From the human T2T-CHM13v2.0 reference genome, Homo sapiens, in NCBI RefSeq assembly GCF_009914755.1, contig NC_060931.1: a stretch of DNA of 64,000 nucleotides. One strand, given 5' to 3'. The translations under genes and the position numbers were made by a program. The notes under the pieces are model-generated. The model was not told the origin of the DNA. It saw only the letters and a program-made list of their open reading frames with translations, and did not search any database. Of the stretch, positions 11,986 through 26,059 are shown piece by piece. How positions within the stretch are numbered: position 1 is the stretch's first letter; every line of letters starts with the position of its first letter.

Positions 11986-13178
11986 TAGTCTGATGGAAAG
12001 TCTCTGAAACCCAACCTATGGAGGCCCCTCCCTGTCATCTCCTGGTGCACGGAACAGCGACTTTGCCATCACTGAGGTTCCGGGCACAGAACCTGCCTCA
12101 GTCCAGCGTCCCTATCCGCTGTAAGAAAGGGTGAAGGATCCAGTATGGGAGATGGAGATTGTCCATATCCCGAGGGAGGGACTGGCCAGGGCACACCCGC
12201 CAAGGGCACCTTGTGTCCCTGCTCTGCAGAGACCGCCCAGCTCTAGGTGCCTGAGTGTTTTCTGCTCTCCACATTTGAAACCCTAACAAAATCCCTGAGC
12301 AATCAGGCCGTGTGGAGGCAAAGAGCCTCTCCTGTAACAGTGTGGTCCTTCCAGCCTTCTCTCACATGCGGAATTTGGCAGACAGTGATGTGAGACGCTC
12401 ACATGGCAAACTTTCTTTTCTGTTTCTCTTTAGCACAAAGCCTCAGCGCTCCCGCGCCTGCCCTACCACTGAACAAAACAGCCTCTTCCGGGCCCAGCTC
12501 ACTTGTGCCTCCGCCCACCTCGCTGCGGGCAACACCCGTTTTCCTAAAGATTGACAAGAGGACGTGTTACTCAAATAACCACCCGCTCAGAAGAAAAACC
12601 CTCTGTGCAGAGCCTTTTGTGTTGAAAACGACACCTTCACGTTATCAGCCTTAGAGGCGGGTCTGTTTGCAGCGGTGCCCGCCGAGGAGTCTGGATTTTT
12701 AAAATACGCCAGAAATGACTTAGGGTCTCAGCCAACAGAACCAAGGAAAGTTATATTTATGTGGGAATTATTTTGTCAAAAAAGTTCCAAAATGTTGGCA
12801 AACTCTGCTCAATTATATAAGCTTTCACCTGAAGGCACAGTATTTTTTTAAAAGTCAGTTTGTGTATCTCTGTTGAAAACAATTATGAAAACAAGCATTA
12901 AATAACCTGACTAAAAAAAGTAGAATGAGGTTCACTTCCATGGAAATAATTTTATTAACAAAATTCAGAAGACCAAGCTGAGAATGGAGATCTGCATGTT
13001 TTAATCAAATGCTTTCTAAGCCAAGTCTCCTACCCTCTAACAGACGACCATTTTTAAATTGAAAGTTTAAATAGGTTGATCTTAAAAACACATTCAATGG
13101 TGAAGGAGTGTGTGTTTAAAATAAAAGTGTTTATATTTTTCAGATTTTGTTTTCTCCTGCTTCCTTAAAAAATACACT

Positions 13179-13758
<580 letters not shown>

Positions 13759-14336
13759 TCACTGGCAACACCACACTGCCCCTTGCATTCCGAGGAGTCA
13801 TGTAGTCATGAGGGGCATGAGCAAGATGGAGACCCAGAGGCTCACGCTCACATGATGACGGCCGAGCCGGGCCTGCAACGGAAAGGCCTGTGGCATGGGG
13901 TAACTTCAGAGCCTTCTTCTCAACAGGCACGGCCCGCAGAGCCACTGGAGGTAAGGATCCTCTCCAGCCAGGGAGGAAGCATCCCGCACCGTGCCCACTT
14001 TAAACCCTGGAGAACCATGTTTGCCTCTGTCTGGCCCTCTCCCCACCCCCCCACCTCCCTTTGCCGTCTTCTTTGTGTGTAACCTTTGTGTACAGGCTGA
14101 AGAGAAAAGTCCCAAAATCCAGCACAAGCCCCGTGACCCTTTCTCCCAGGCCCACGGTCTTGGGGCACTTTCTCAGGGCCTGACCTTGGAGCAGACAAGA
14201 GCTGAGCGCTCAGGAAGGGAACTGTCCGAGGAGCCTCCTCCACGGCGGAACTGGTGCATCATGTAGAACAACCGAGCCACACGTGCGGAGATGCTCCACG
14301 CCCCACTGCCCGTAGGTCTGAGGGAGATACTCCCCG

Positions 14337-14720
14337 TGTTTTGGGATGAATTGAGTTCCCCAAATTCGCATGCCAAGCCCTAAGCCCAGTACCTGTGGAC
14401 GTGACCTTATCGGGGAATAGGGTCTTTGTGGAGGTAACTGGCTAAGTTTCAATGAGGTCATTAGGGCGGGCCCTAATCCAACAAGACGGGGGTCCTTATC
14501 AAAGGCAGAGATGCGGACACGGGGCAGCCACAGGGAACACCGCGTGAAGACGGAGACGGCACCCACAAGCCGAGGAGAGAGATCTGGGACAGATTCTTCT
14601 CCGAGGGCCTCAGAAGAAACCAGCCCTGCCCACACATTGACCCTGGACTCCCAGCCTGTGAGTGGTGGGCGATGAATCTGCGGTTTGCGCCGCCCCGTCT
14701 GCTATGCTGTCACAGCAGCC
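14337..14720 (+). mobile_element. MaLR solo LTR (MLT1A/B-like)
   Basis: tgttttgggatgaattg...gtgaccttat...atagggtctttg...atgaggtcattagggcgggccctaatccaa...agaaaccagccctgcccacac...cagcagcc. Confidence 0.85.
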
Positions 14721-15472
14721 AAGGCCACTGGCTCTGTGCATTTCCCTGCCTCCGCCTCCCTCTCCCATCACTGACGATGCAGCACTGACTCCCTGGACAG
14801 GGCCTACATTGGGTGCTGCTGATGGCGAGACTGTCATCCCCCGACATGAAGGCAAGGGCTGGGCTCAGAAGCCTGGATACCGTGGCTGCCTCTGCCCCAC
14901 CCTCAGCTCTGGGACAAACCTTCAGTCCCAGCCTGTCTGCCCACGTCTCTCCAGCTGTGCAATCGGCACACCCACGTCCACGTGGCTCCTCATGGGGCCA
15001 AAGAGCAGCCGTGGCCAGGAAAGCAGTCAGAGAGGCCCAGGGTTGAACCCAAGGTCACTGCCCTTGTGGTTGAGCAAAATGAAGACAGTTCCTCTTCTTA
15101 AATCCGGCTCTGTGCCTATGAAGACGGAAGCAGCAGCATTCCGCTTGCAGGTTTTTGAAAAAACAAATGGGGCAAGAGAGGCCAGGACCACGCCTGACTC
15201 AGGCGATCGGACGGGCAGGGAGGCTGCAAGGCATGGCATGAGCAGGTGGAGCTGTCAGGACTGCCCCAGCCCCTGGCTCAAAGATGCCCGACCCCAGGAC
15301 CCTGCCTCGCTGGATGGTGAAGGCCAACTTCCCCTCTGTTGGAGCTGGCCTGGGCGTTGTGGGAAGGGCTGGGAGGAGGCCCAGGACAATGCAGAACAGA
15401 CAGGACGTTTCACAGAGCAGGCTGCCATGTCCCTCGGGGCCTTGGGGGCTGCTGAGGCCCTGAGAAAGGTAT

Positions 15473-15840
15473 GCATCGGGGAGGCTGGCTGTGCTGTTGC
15501 AGGGATGTGTGTGGGGCTGGATCGGGGAGGATGGCTGTGCCGTTGTAGGGGTGTGTGTGGGGCTGGATCGGGGAGGATGGCTGCACCATTGCAGGGGTGT
15601 GTGTGGGGCTGGATCAGGGAGGCTGGCTTTGCTGTTGCAGGGGTGTGTGTGGGGCTGGATCGGGGAGGATGGCTGTGCCGTTGCAGGGATGTGTGTGGGG
15701 CCGGATCGGGGAGGATGGCTGCACGGTTGCAGGGGTGTGTGCGGGGCCGGATCGGGGAGGATGGCTGCACCATTGCAGGGGTGTGTGTGGGGCCGGATCG
15801 GGGAGGATGGCTGCACCATTGCAGGCGTGTGTGCGGGGCT
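15473..15840. repeat. Minisatellite, 46-bp unit, ~8 copies
   Basis: Unit ggatcggggaggatggctgcaccattgcaggggtgtgtgtggggcY. Confidence 0.97.
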
Positions 15841-17711
15841 TGCTGACTCTCGTGCTCTGCGGACGCCCAGGGAGCGGCCCCAACCCACGCGCCGGCTTCT
15901 CGAGCTCGGCCTCTTAAGTGACAGACTCAAACACCTGAGCAACAAGTTTCCTGGGGTCACCTAATAACGATTATTTTAACAACAGTTTCCAAACAACAAA
16001 CAAACCCATGGAGCACGAAACCTCTGGGGACCTTTTGAAGCTAAACGCTGAGTGGTGCCGCTTCTTGGGGAGCTCAAGGCCAGCAGGGTCCCTCCTACAG
16101 CGACCCTGGACAGTGGTTTGGGGATTCACTTGATACAAGTAATTCTCTAATTAGGATAATCTGGATGCGGCCTGCTGTGATGTAGTGATGGGGCTTCCCT
16201 GGAAGGGGGGATGTCAGGAATAGCCCTCACTGCATAGAGCACATCCCGGCGGGAGCGTTAGAGCTGAGGGATGCCTGTGGCTGAGCCGAGGGAGAGCCGG
16301 AGCCAGGAAAGCCACTGATTGGGCCCAGGGGGGCGGCGATACAAAGTCACTTTTAGAGGATGAGGAAAAGATGAAATGAACATCTAAAAACTAACGCCCT
16401 CTATGATTTAATGAACTTTCCTCTCTCTAAAAGTACTCTGGTGATTATTTCAGGGACAGCCACCCAACTGCACGGCACCATCATTTTTTCTGATACTGAG
16501 TTGATATTTTGCCCTACAGGTCACTGGAGGCCTGGCCGGAAGTGCAGGGTTATCTCAGTACTTGATTTAAGGCTCCTGCAGCTGAAAAGCTGCCCCACAC
16601 GGCGGACCGGGTGGAGGAAGTCAGCTGTGCTGCTTAACCGTGGAGTCTCCGTCCCGGTCCTGCTCACCAGCTCTGCAAAGGCCTTGTCCTCCCTGCCTGA
16701 TTCTCGGCACCATTTTTAACACGGTGGGATGTCTTGGATTTTTATGATAATAATTTCAGTATATGTTCAACCCATGGAAACATTTCATTTGGAAAGATGT
16801 GAAGTGGGTTAGAAAATGTCATTTCCATGCTTTTTAGAGTCGTGACTGTGGATGACTTTATAGGAGACCCAGTTGTCTGAAACATTTCACACGGCAATGA
16901 AACTATTTCCAAATATTCATTTTCAAAATGTGCCACAGCTGGCTGTTTTTTGTTTTCGCTTTTCAAGCACACACATTTTCTCACACACAGCTCAGATGTC
17001 TATTTTACACTGAAGGTTTATTTTACTGGGGAGTGTTTGCTGGGGCGTCCCGTTCCCACCACAGGCCGGTGCCTCCGAGGCTCAGCCTTCAACCCTCTTA
17101 CATGAGTTTGCCGCAGACAACCAGCAAGCCGTGTGTGGCACACAGTTCTACTGGTTTCTCCTGGCTTTATTACAAAATGTATCACAAAGGTTAACTCACA
17201 GTAGTGCAAAGGTCTCATTTTTATAAAATGGATAAAGTGACAAAATACATTAAACATACAAAATTCACTTCTTGCACACTGAGCTTCAGGTCCTTGCTGT
17301 GCTGCAATGATGTGTGGGGTGGATTTCATATGACCTGCTGGTTCCCTCACCTCACCCAGAATCTTTTTCGTATGTCTGTCAGTCAAAGTGGTCACTTCAT
17401 CCATAGTTATTCCAATTTTTAAAACTTTTTTTGACCTGTTAAGTATTGCTTAGCAATGAGTGTACACCAAGAAAGGTTTGAACAACCTGTACATTCACCC
17501 AACTGTGTAGCAGACTTCCACGGCTCATGATTTATTCTCAAATTTTTCTCCAAATTTTTAGCAGCATCTTCTATTTATCTTCCAAGCATTGCTGACAAGG
17601 GAGGTGGCCAGGTTTGCAAAGCTGCAGTGCCATCAGCTTGGGCGCCATGAGTGGGAGTCACAGCCGGGGCCACAGCACGAGGGCATGGCCATCGGCATTG
17701 CTGGTGGAGCT

Positions 17712-17793
17712 GGGGATGCTGGAGGGGGAGGGAGGGGAACGCTGGATGGGGAGGGAGGGGGACGCTGGAAGGGGAGGGAGGGGGATGCTGCAG
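17712..17793 (+). repeat. Short G-rich ~23-bp repeat with G-quadruplex potential
   Basis: (ggggagggagggg-Racgctgga) about 3.5 times; many G3+ tracts with short loops. Confidence 0.75.
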
Positions 17794-18633
17794 GAGGAAG
17801 CTGGGGCTCTGCTGTGCCCAACACTGAAGCTGGGCCCGTGTGGGGCGGAGAGTTGATTTCACCGTTCCTGTTTTCCCTCAAGCCTATGGAGAGGCCACGT
17901 TGAGTCCAGAGGTCCGTGCGCCTCATGGCCACATCACGGCACCCGTTCACCCACACAAGGGCCAGGAGCATCCCCTAGGGAGGAGGAGATGGCAGATCTG
18001 CACAGGCTCTGCGCTCCTCTCTCTCCGGAGCGTCCTCTCCTCTGTGTGGCAGGCTCGGCGCGTGATGGAGGAGCCCCTTCTGCAGGGCTCTGTTTAGAGG
18101 GTGCCCGCCCCACAGCCTGTGGCTGCTCCTACTCATGCCAGGTGAGGCTCCTACACCCACCAGTGGCCACCGGGGAGTCACAGCTCCTTCTGCATCATCC
18201 GCCTGACCTGTTTCCTCATCTGGGATGACAACCAGATCCAGCTCTGAGGTCCGTGCCCTGAGTAGAAAAGTTCACACAGCAAAGTTTCCGGAGCCTTCCC
18301 TGACGCGCCACGTGTCCGTCCATAACTGGTCATCCTCCACATCCTGTGAGGCACGTCTCAGCACCTCTTCGTGCAAGCGCCCGCACTAGACGTTTGAGAA
18401 ACAGATGTGAGCAGGCGTGGTCCTGACCTCCATCCCGAGGTTGGGGGTGGAATCACAAAGCAGGAGTGTCTGCCAGGAGCACGTGTGCCCACACAGCAGG
18501 CCTGGCCCCAGTGGCTCAGATCAGGAACAGACACGTACTCAAAGACGGCGGGTATGAGAAAGCCTTGTGAGGGAAGGGAGCCCTTTGTCGGGGGGCCTGA
18601 AAAGAAACACGGCCTTTGCTGGTTCTCTGAGTC

Positions 18634-19833
18634 AGCCCCCCAGCTACCACCCACACTCCTGCAGGGAGAGCCCCCCAGCTACCACCCACACTCCTGCAGG
18701 GAGAGCCCCCCAGCTACCACCCACACTCCTGCAGGGAGAGCCCCGTCACCACCCACACTCCTGCAGGGAGAGCCTCCCAGCCACCACCCACACTCCTGCA
18801 GGGAGAGCCTCCCAGCTACCACCCACACTCCTGCAGGGAGAGCCCCCCAGCTACCACCCACACTCCTGCAGGGAGAGCCCCGTCACCACCCACACTCCTG
18901 CAGGGAGAGCCTCCCAGCCACCACCCACACTCCTGCAGGGAGAGCCTCCCAGCCACCACCCACACTCCTGCAGGGAGAGCCCCCCAGCTACCACCCACAC
19001 TCCTGCAGGGAGAGCCCCCCAGCTACCACCCACACTCCTGCAGGGAGAGCCCCGTCACCACCCACACTCCTGCAGGGAGAGCCTCCCAGCCACCACCCAC
19101 ACTCCTGCAGGGAGAGCCCCCCAGCTACCACCCACACTCCTGCAGGGAGAGCCCCGTCACCACCCACACTCCTGCAGGGAGAGCCCCCCAGCTACCACCC
19201 ACACTCCTGCAGGGAGAGCCCCCCAGCTACCACCCACACTCCTGCAGGGAGAACCCCGTCACCACCCACACTCCTGCAGGGAGAGCCTCCCAGCCACCAC
19301 CCACACTCCTGCAGGGAGAGCCCCGTCACCACCCACACTCCTGCAGGGAGAGCCCCGTCACCACCCACACTCCTGCCGGGAGAGTCCCCCAGCCACCACC
19401 CACACTCCTGCAGGGAGAGCCCCAGCCACCACCCACACTCCTGCAGGGAGAGCCTCCCAGCCACCACCCACACTCCTGCAGGGAGAGCCCCGTCACCACC
19501 CACACTCCTGTAGGGAGAGCCCCGGCCACCACCCACACTCCTGCAGGGAGAGCCCCCCAGCCACCACCCACACTCCTGCAGGGAGAGTCCCCCAGCCACC
19601 ACCCACACTCCTGCAGGGAGAGCCCCAGCTACTGTACACACTCCTGCAGGGAGAGCCCCAGCCACTGTACACACTCCTGCAGGGAGAGCCTCCCAGCCAC
19701 CACCCACACTCCTGCAGGGAGAGCCCCCCAGCCACTGTACACACTCCTGCAGGGAGAGCCCCGGCCACCACCCACACTCCTGCAGGGAGAGCCCCAGCCA
19801 CTGTACACACTCCTGCAGGGAGAGCCCCCAGCT
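18634..19833. repeat. Minisatellite/VNTR, 32-35-bp units, ~35 copies
   Basis: Unit cagcYaccacccacactcctgcagggagagcccc(c), a 32-bp cccgtcacc variant, and ctgtacac variants only at the right end; cctgcagg in nearly every unit. Confidence 0.99.
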
Positions 19834-21586
19834 CTGCAGCACAGACCCCAGAGACAGCATGCGGCTTCGTGATTCCTGTGGAGCAGAGTGGGGACAGCCT
19901 GCTATGGAGCAGCAGCCCACTGGGGGAGCCTCGAGACTTGCAACGACCCAGACCCAATTCCCTGAGGCCCCAGCCTGTGGTGGCAGGGCCCACAGCCTGC
20001 GATCTCTGCATACCCTGGATTTCAGAGGTCACTGCAGTCAGGCCACCTGAGGACACACACCTGAGGGTGGTGCCCAAGCCAAGACTCTCTCTAGGGATGT
20101 CCACGTGACCCCAGAGAAGCAGCCCACCCCACAGTCCACCCACAGCCTTCGCGCCTCTCCAGGAGCTGGGCCACTTTTCACACACAGGATCCACGTCTTG
20201 GTTATTATCGAACACTCTTGGAGCTTCCCAAGACTGCAGTTTTAAAAGAAATGGCGGAGTTGGCAGTATTTGGAGGTAGTAATGAATTTTCATCTTTGTT
20301 CTCCTATAGGAACGTTTCAGAGCTGAGTCCACATATCTAATTGAGTGCTGTGTGAACGCGTTTCCACGCTGGAACTAGATACCACTCCATGCAAATCTCA
20401 TTTCTGTTCTTTAACGATGCCTTTTAATATCTAATCTGGGCCTTAATATCTCGCTCACTAAACGTGTTGAGATAATTAGATGATAGAGCTAGACAATTAC
20501 TCTGTGGGTAGAGAGCAGACAGTTTCTTATATTTATACAAATACACATAGTTAAAATGAAACAGAACTGGCAGCATTCACGGTCCGTCCAACCAGGGAAG
20601 GCCACTGACGGCCGGGGCTGGTCAGCTCAGGCAGCAGCTGGCCGGGTGCATTTCTATTTCTAGTTTTTCACGGAACTGACCAGGCAATTCAGTCAGTAGC
20701 TGTCAAAACTGGAGTCCAGAACAGGCACAGATGGGCTGGCCCAAAGTTAATTAAAAACCAAGAAGAGGATAAAGAAATGTGGCCCAGTCCAGGGAGCTGT
20801 GGAGAGGTGGGGGGCAGGGTGACCTTCTCTTTCTTGTGGGGGTTGGAAGAGGAACCCCACGGCACAGCGGACACCATGTGGGACCCCAGCACGGGCGCTT
20901 TGGGATGTCGGCAGAGGCACGCATGCCTCCAGGGATGTGCCAGCTCAGGGAGGCACCCTGTGCGTGCTCCATGGTGACACTGCCCCACGGGGTCCAAATG
21001 CTGAATTCCTGTACCTTTTACATACGTGAAGTCTATACAATAATGGAACCGAAGCCCTCTGTGGGGAATCCGTGGGAGGATGAGAGGCCTGGATTGCACC
21101 GGAAGCACCTCCGGCTGGAGCTCGGCCAAGGAGCCCGGGTCCCTTCAGTCTGCGCTCCCTGCGGTGGGCAGTGGCTTCTGTGTTTTGCCGTCGAGGTGCA
21201 ACATGCAGCTGGTGATGCCCTGTGGCATCTGCCTCCTGCCCTCGGACATGCTGGCCCGCCCTCCCTGAGTCTTGCAGGGCCCAGCCGCTGTGCCTCTGTG
21301 TGGCCTCCCCACCTTACCTGCAGACACGCTCCCTGTACTCAAAGCCGAGCTGTGTGAGGCTTTTGGGGCTGCCAGAACAAAGGACTCCAGACGGATGGGC
21401 TTGAAACAGTGGATGCCTGCAGTCTCACAGGCTGGGTTTGGAGACCTTGCTTGGAGGTGTCTGCAGGGCCTTGAAGGGGACACCGACCCTTCCTGACTCC
21501 CAGCCTCTGCGTTGCCAGCAGCCCTCGGCCCACAGACACAGCGCTTCCCTCCTGCCTCCGAGCCACGCAGACGGCTTCCCTCTGCA

Positions 21587-21942
21587 TGCCGGAGTCTGTC
21601 CTCTCCGTCGCAGGGACACGGATGCTTCGAGGACTCTGTGTGCCGGAGTCTGTCCTCCCCATCACAGGGACACTGCTGCTTCGAGGACTCTGTGTGCCGG
21701 AGTCTGTCCTCCCCATCACAGGGACACTGCTGCTTCGAGGACTCTGTGTGCCGGAGTCTGTCCTCCCCATCACAGGGACACTGCTGCTTCGAGGACTCTG
21801 TGTGCCGGAGTCTGTCCTCCCCATCACAGGGACACTGCTGCTTCGAGGACTCTGTGTGCCGGAGTCTGTCCTCCCCATCACAGGGACACTGCTGCTTCGA
21901 GGACTCTGTGTGCTGGAGTTTGTCCTTCCTGTCGCAGGGACA
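21587..21942. repeat. Minisatellite, 54-bp unit, ~6.5 copies
   Basis: Unit ccggagtctgtcctccccatcacagggacactgctgcttcgaggactctgtgtg; central copies identical, flanking copies diverged. Confidence 0.98.
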
Positions 21943-22582
21943 TGGCCGCATCAAGGACCTACTGCAGCACGGTGCCTCCTTCACCAAGCGAACTGTGTCT
22001 GCAACAGTCCTATGTCCACGGAAGGTCCCATTCTGAGCTGCCGAGGTCCAGGACTTCAACATATCTTTCTGCGGAGACAGTTCAGCCTACAGCATTAGCT
22101 CATGTGCCCTCTGTTAGGAAGTTCCCTGACAGACTTGAGCCCACGGCTAGGGGATTCCCTTCTGAACACAGAATGTCTTGCTTATTTCACACGTGTGCTA
22201 ATTTGCTGTACACCACCGGCTTATTTAATTGTTGTGCATTTATTGTATTTCTCCACTAGATTATTTACTAACTGGGGTCAGGATCCATGACTTTTTAACA
22301 TTGATATTCATCTCTCTTTTTAGAACAGAAATGGGTGCCCAGCTGGTCAACATACATTTGTTACCTTGCTTTAAAATGCCTTGAGAGTGGAACCACCGGT
22401 GCAGGCTTGGCTGGTCAAGAATCATGTTCTAGAAATTATTTCCAGTGCTGAGCACAGTCCCTGAGATTTAAAAACGCTTATGGGATGAATGGAAAATAGC
22501 AGGGCCTCTTACCGGCCTGCAACGCCTTTAGAGGCACGGATGCCACGTGCACAGACCCAGCTCCGGGAAGCACAAGCCTGGT

Positions 22583-22640
22583 GGTGTGCGGGAAGCGGCG
22601 AGGTGCGCGGGAAGCGGCGAGGTGTGCGGGAAGCGGCGAG
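22583..22640. repeat. 19-bp tandem repeat x3
   Basis: gtgYgcgggaagcggcgag x3. Confidence 0.9.
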
Positions 22641-23394
22641 GACCGGCTTTAAAGTCACAGCAGTTTCCTGAAAGATGAGGGGGAGGAGGACAGTGACGCT
22701 CACAGCACAGCCACTTGTCAACTTGGACATGACACACACAAAGCCCAGAGCTCGGACGGCACCGCGAGGAGGCTGGGATTCACGTCAGGCGGCACTTGGT
22801 GGGCAGTTACAAGAAAGGACGGCAGCCAAGCCAGTGCCTCCTGTGCTCCGGCTCTGGGGCCCTGGACACACCTGGGGATTCAGTTTTGCATGGACCAGCA
22901 TTCTCCAAGCGCTCTGATCAGTCTTACAGGAGAAGTAGGCTGTGTGGTCTGGGAGCCTTGAGAAGGTTCCGCTGTAATCTGTCAGACTTTTGGACAGGAT
23001 TTTTCTGCCTTACGTGGCTGATGTACGTCTGCAGGAGGGTAGCACACGGCACCCTCTCGGCCTGCTGTGCCACAAAACCTTTGCTTTTACAGGTCTCACG
23101 GAGCCAGTGGGCTGCCCAATGCCCCAGTGCAGAGTGGAGACGAGGTCTTCCCCTCCTTCCCAGCTTGCCTGGGCGGCGACGCGTCTCAGAGACCTCTGCC
23201 AGGGTCAATCCTGGCCCATGCTACTAGCTCGGGGTGTGAAGTCACAGTTGATGCTGAACACCTGGCTGGGCCAGACTTGTGCCCAAGAAACCTTATACCA
23301 CCAACTGGTTTTCAAAAGAAAAAAATTAAAAGTAATTCAAAACTTTGAGATATAAATATAATTCTTTAAAAACTGCAGCGTGGTTCACTGGCCC

Positions 23395-23768
23395 TGTGAT
23401 GGGCTGAATGCGCCCCCAAGTTCATGTGGCAGCCTTGACCCCCAGGACCTCAGCGTGTGGCGTCTTGGAGACAGGGGCTTTACAGAGGCGATGAAGGTAA
23501 AACAAGCTCTTATGGCGACCCTGACCCAGCAGGACCGGTATCCTTATCAGAAAGGGATATCTGGACACAGAGACAGACGTGCACGTGTGGAGACACCTGA
23601 AGATGAAGATGGCATCTACCAGGCGGGGGAGTGGCCTCAGGAGAAACGGGCTCTGCCCACGCCTCGACCTCGGACTTCCAGCCTCCAGAGCCGTGTGAAA
23701 AGAAACTTCCATCATTTAAGCTGCCCTGTCTGTGGGACTTTGCCTCGGCAGCCTGAGCAGACAGTACA
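23395..23768 (+). mobile_element. Complete MaLR solo LTR (MLT1A/B-like)
   Basis: Begins tgtgatgggctgaat, ends gcagcctgagcagacagtaca (TG...CA); flanked by ggccc / ggctc (4/5 match to a 5-bp TSD); internal ggacttccagcctccaga landmark. Confidence 0.88.
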
Positions 23769-23975
23769 GGCTCCAAAAACGCTCTCTGCATGTGTGATTC
23801 TGGCCAGGACCACCCTGCCCGAAGCCACGGCTATGTCGAAGCTAATTGTGCGATTTCTGCCGGCCACGTGGTTTTGATCCAAAAGCATTTGAAAGCTGCT
23901 CTGAAGATGCAGAAAAGCTGAGTCCCGGCATCGCTGCTCCTTCCAAGCGACTGTTCACACACAGGGTGTGAGTGC

Positions 23976-24222
23976 GTCCCCCCATCCAGGGTCCAGCCTG
24001 GCCTAAGGCTCACTGGGCACCATCCAGATCTGTGACTGGGTCCCCCCATCCAGGGTCCAGCCCACCCGAGGTTCACTGGGCACCATCCAGAGGCCCCAGA
24101 TGCCGACACCTGGGGACGGGCTGTATCAGGCAGATGTTTCCTCCCGGGCTCCACCTGGGGACGGGCCCCGGATGCTGACACCTGGGGATGGGCTGTATTA
24201 GGCAGATGTTCCTCCCGGGCTC
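23976..24222. repeat. Two adjacent two-copy tandem duplications (~64 bp and ~72 bp periods)
   Basis: gtcccccca-tccagggtccagcc...tcactgggcaccatccaga x2; gatgcYgacacctggggaYgggctgtat..ggcagatgtt..cctcccgggctc x2. Confidence 0.85.
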
Positions 24223-26059
24223 TAGTTTTCCAGGCCGACAGGAGGAAGTCCTGTTGGGGCCAGGGGAGGCATTGGGGATGAGATTGAGAGGATGGTGGGG
24301 TCGCAAAGGTTTACATTGCCTGTGCCACTTTCTCCAAGGTCTGGGGCCGCCACCCTGTGGTGCCTCTGGAAGCTGCCATGTGGGGCTGGCCCACGGTGAC
24401 TGGCCACGGCGGGGCTGTGTGTGGTATGCACCTGTGAGCTGCTGAAACGCAGCCTGGCGGCCAGGAACCAGCTGCCCCATCCTCTCTGCAGGAGGTCAGG
24501 TTTGAGCACGTATTCCCTCAAACGCTCATAGACGTCAGTATCTCAGGACAAAGTGCTTGTCTGAGACCCAGGTTTGGGCCCCAAGGTGGTACCATCGAGG
24601 GAGGCATGTTCTGGCAGGTGACAGCCCCTCCTCTGTGCCTGAACCTGCAGTTTCTGCCCCCGCATAAAATGCCGCCATCTCAGGCCCTCCCTGACCCCCA
24701 ACCTGCACAAGGGCTCACAGCTGGCAGGCACCTGTGTGGGGTCGTGGTAGGACCTGTGTCTCTGAGGTCCAGCCCAAGGCTGTGCCACATAGGCCCAAAT
24801 CCAAGCACTCCCCTCCTGGGCACGTGGCTGTGTGTGCATGTGTGGCTGGGTGGGCAGGGGGGTTGACTCTGGCCACCGAAATGGAGAGGAGCGGTGCACT
24901 CCCTGGGTCTGGCCCACGCAGGCTCCTTCCCAAGTGCTGCTGCCGGGAAATGGAGGTCCCTAGGTGAGACGGGAGCCGGGCACTGTGGGGGTGGCCCCTG
25001 AGGGGCTGCAGGTTGGCACTGCCCAGCTGACGCATTCCGCAGTCCTGCACCAGGGGATGAACGAGGAATCGGCTTCTGCTCTGCTGAACATCCCACTGGT
25101 TCATGTCCACTTGTTTGGGTGATCCTAACTGATCTGCTACCTGAGTTTGAATCTCAGCGCTATTATTAGTCAGGGGTCCTGGAGGTGGGTGACCCCACCT
25201 CACCTAAACCACAGAGATGCTCATCCTCATGCATGCACACGTCCATCTCAGCTTCAGCTCGCAAGCAGGACCCTCACCGTGGGGCCACGACGGACCCTGC
25301 AAAGCTGGTCTGACTGTGCCGAGCCTGTCGGGGGTTGGGGGAAGGAAGGCGGGAGCTCGGCATCTGGAGGGCAGTGGAGACCCTCAGCGAGTGCCAGGAG
25401 GATCTGCTGTCTTCCCAGTGTTGTCTTCACAGTGGAGAGATGAGTTCACACAGCCTTATCTGTGTTTCCAGTGGCCTCTGTGTGCAAGACGGGCCACGGG
25501 TTTTGTGCGGTATTTGCCTGTGGGTCACAGCCAGGTGAATGGGCCCTCCTGGGGCTGCAGCCCCAGGTCCTGATGTTACTTGTGCCAGCCTGGCCACAGT
25601 GCCCGGCCTCCAGAAGCTGCTGTCAGAGGAGCAGACGGGAGGGCAGGGTGGACGGTTAACAGGGTCAAGGCCCCAGAGCCCCACACCCTCCCCAGCAGCC
25701 AGCACACCCTCTGTTCTGTGACCTCGCCCCTGCATTGCGGCAACTGACAGATGCTCCCCGGCCTCCTTCCCCGCTGCCGCGCAACCTCTGACAGCCACGT
25801 GTACTCTCCTGCTTTAGAACAAGGACCTTTCCCTTTTGTGCATGAATACGCTCTCAGCAGATGCGAGAAAATGGGAGTCAAATGCACCTTTGTGGTTTCT
25901 TTTCCTTCTACACAAACACCACTTGAGTGAGGCCCGGGTTCTGCAAAGGGAAAGTAGTCGTCACTTTCTAGGCCCCACCATGAGCCGGGGCTCAAATCCC
26001 ATCCTGGCCTGCTGGGCATTTGTTTCATCAATTAAGAGTCAGTGAGCAGGAAACAACAT

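Noticed and set aside
14662-15846. 394-aa ORF
   Set aside because: It starts inside an MLT1 LTR, ends in a VNTR and shows no protein-family features; long open frames are expected in GC-rich DNA.
18407-20108. 368- and 513-aa ORFs
   Set aside because: They are translations of a VNTR; the same peptide words appear in several frames and no domain is recognisable.
21438-22259. In-frame repeat ORFs from units divisible by three (also the 51-, 48-, 60-, 81-, 36- and 102-bp arrays)
   Set aside because: Roughly a third of arrays are expected to have such unit lengths; all frames are similarly open and no splice or codon signal supports coding.
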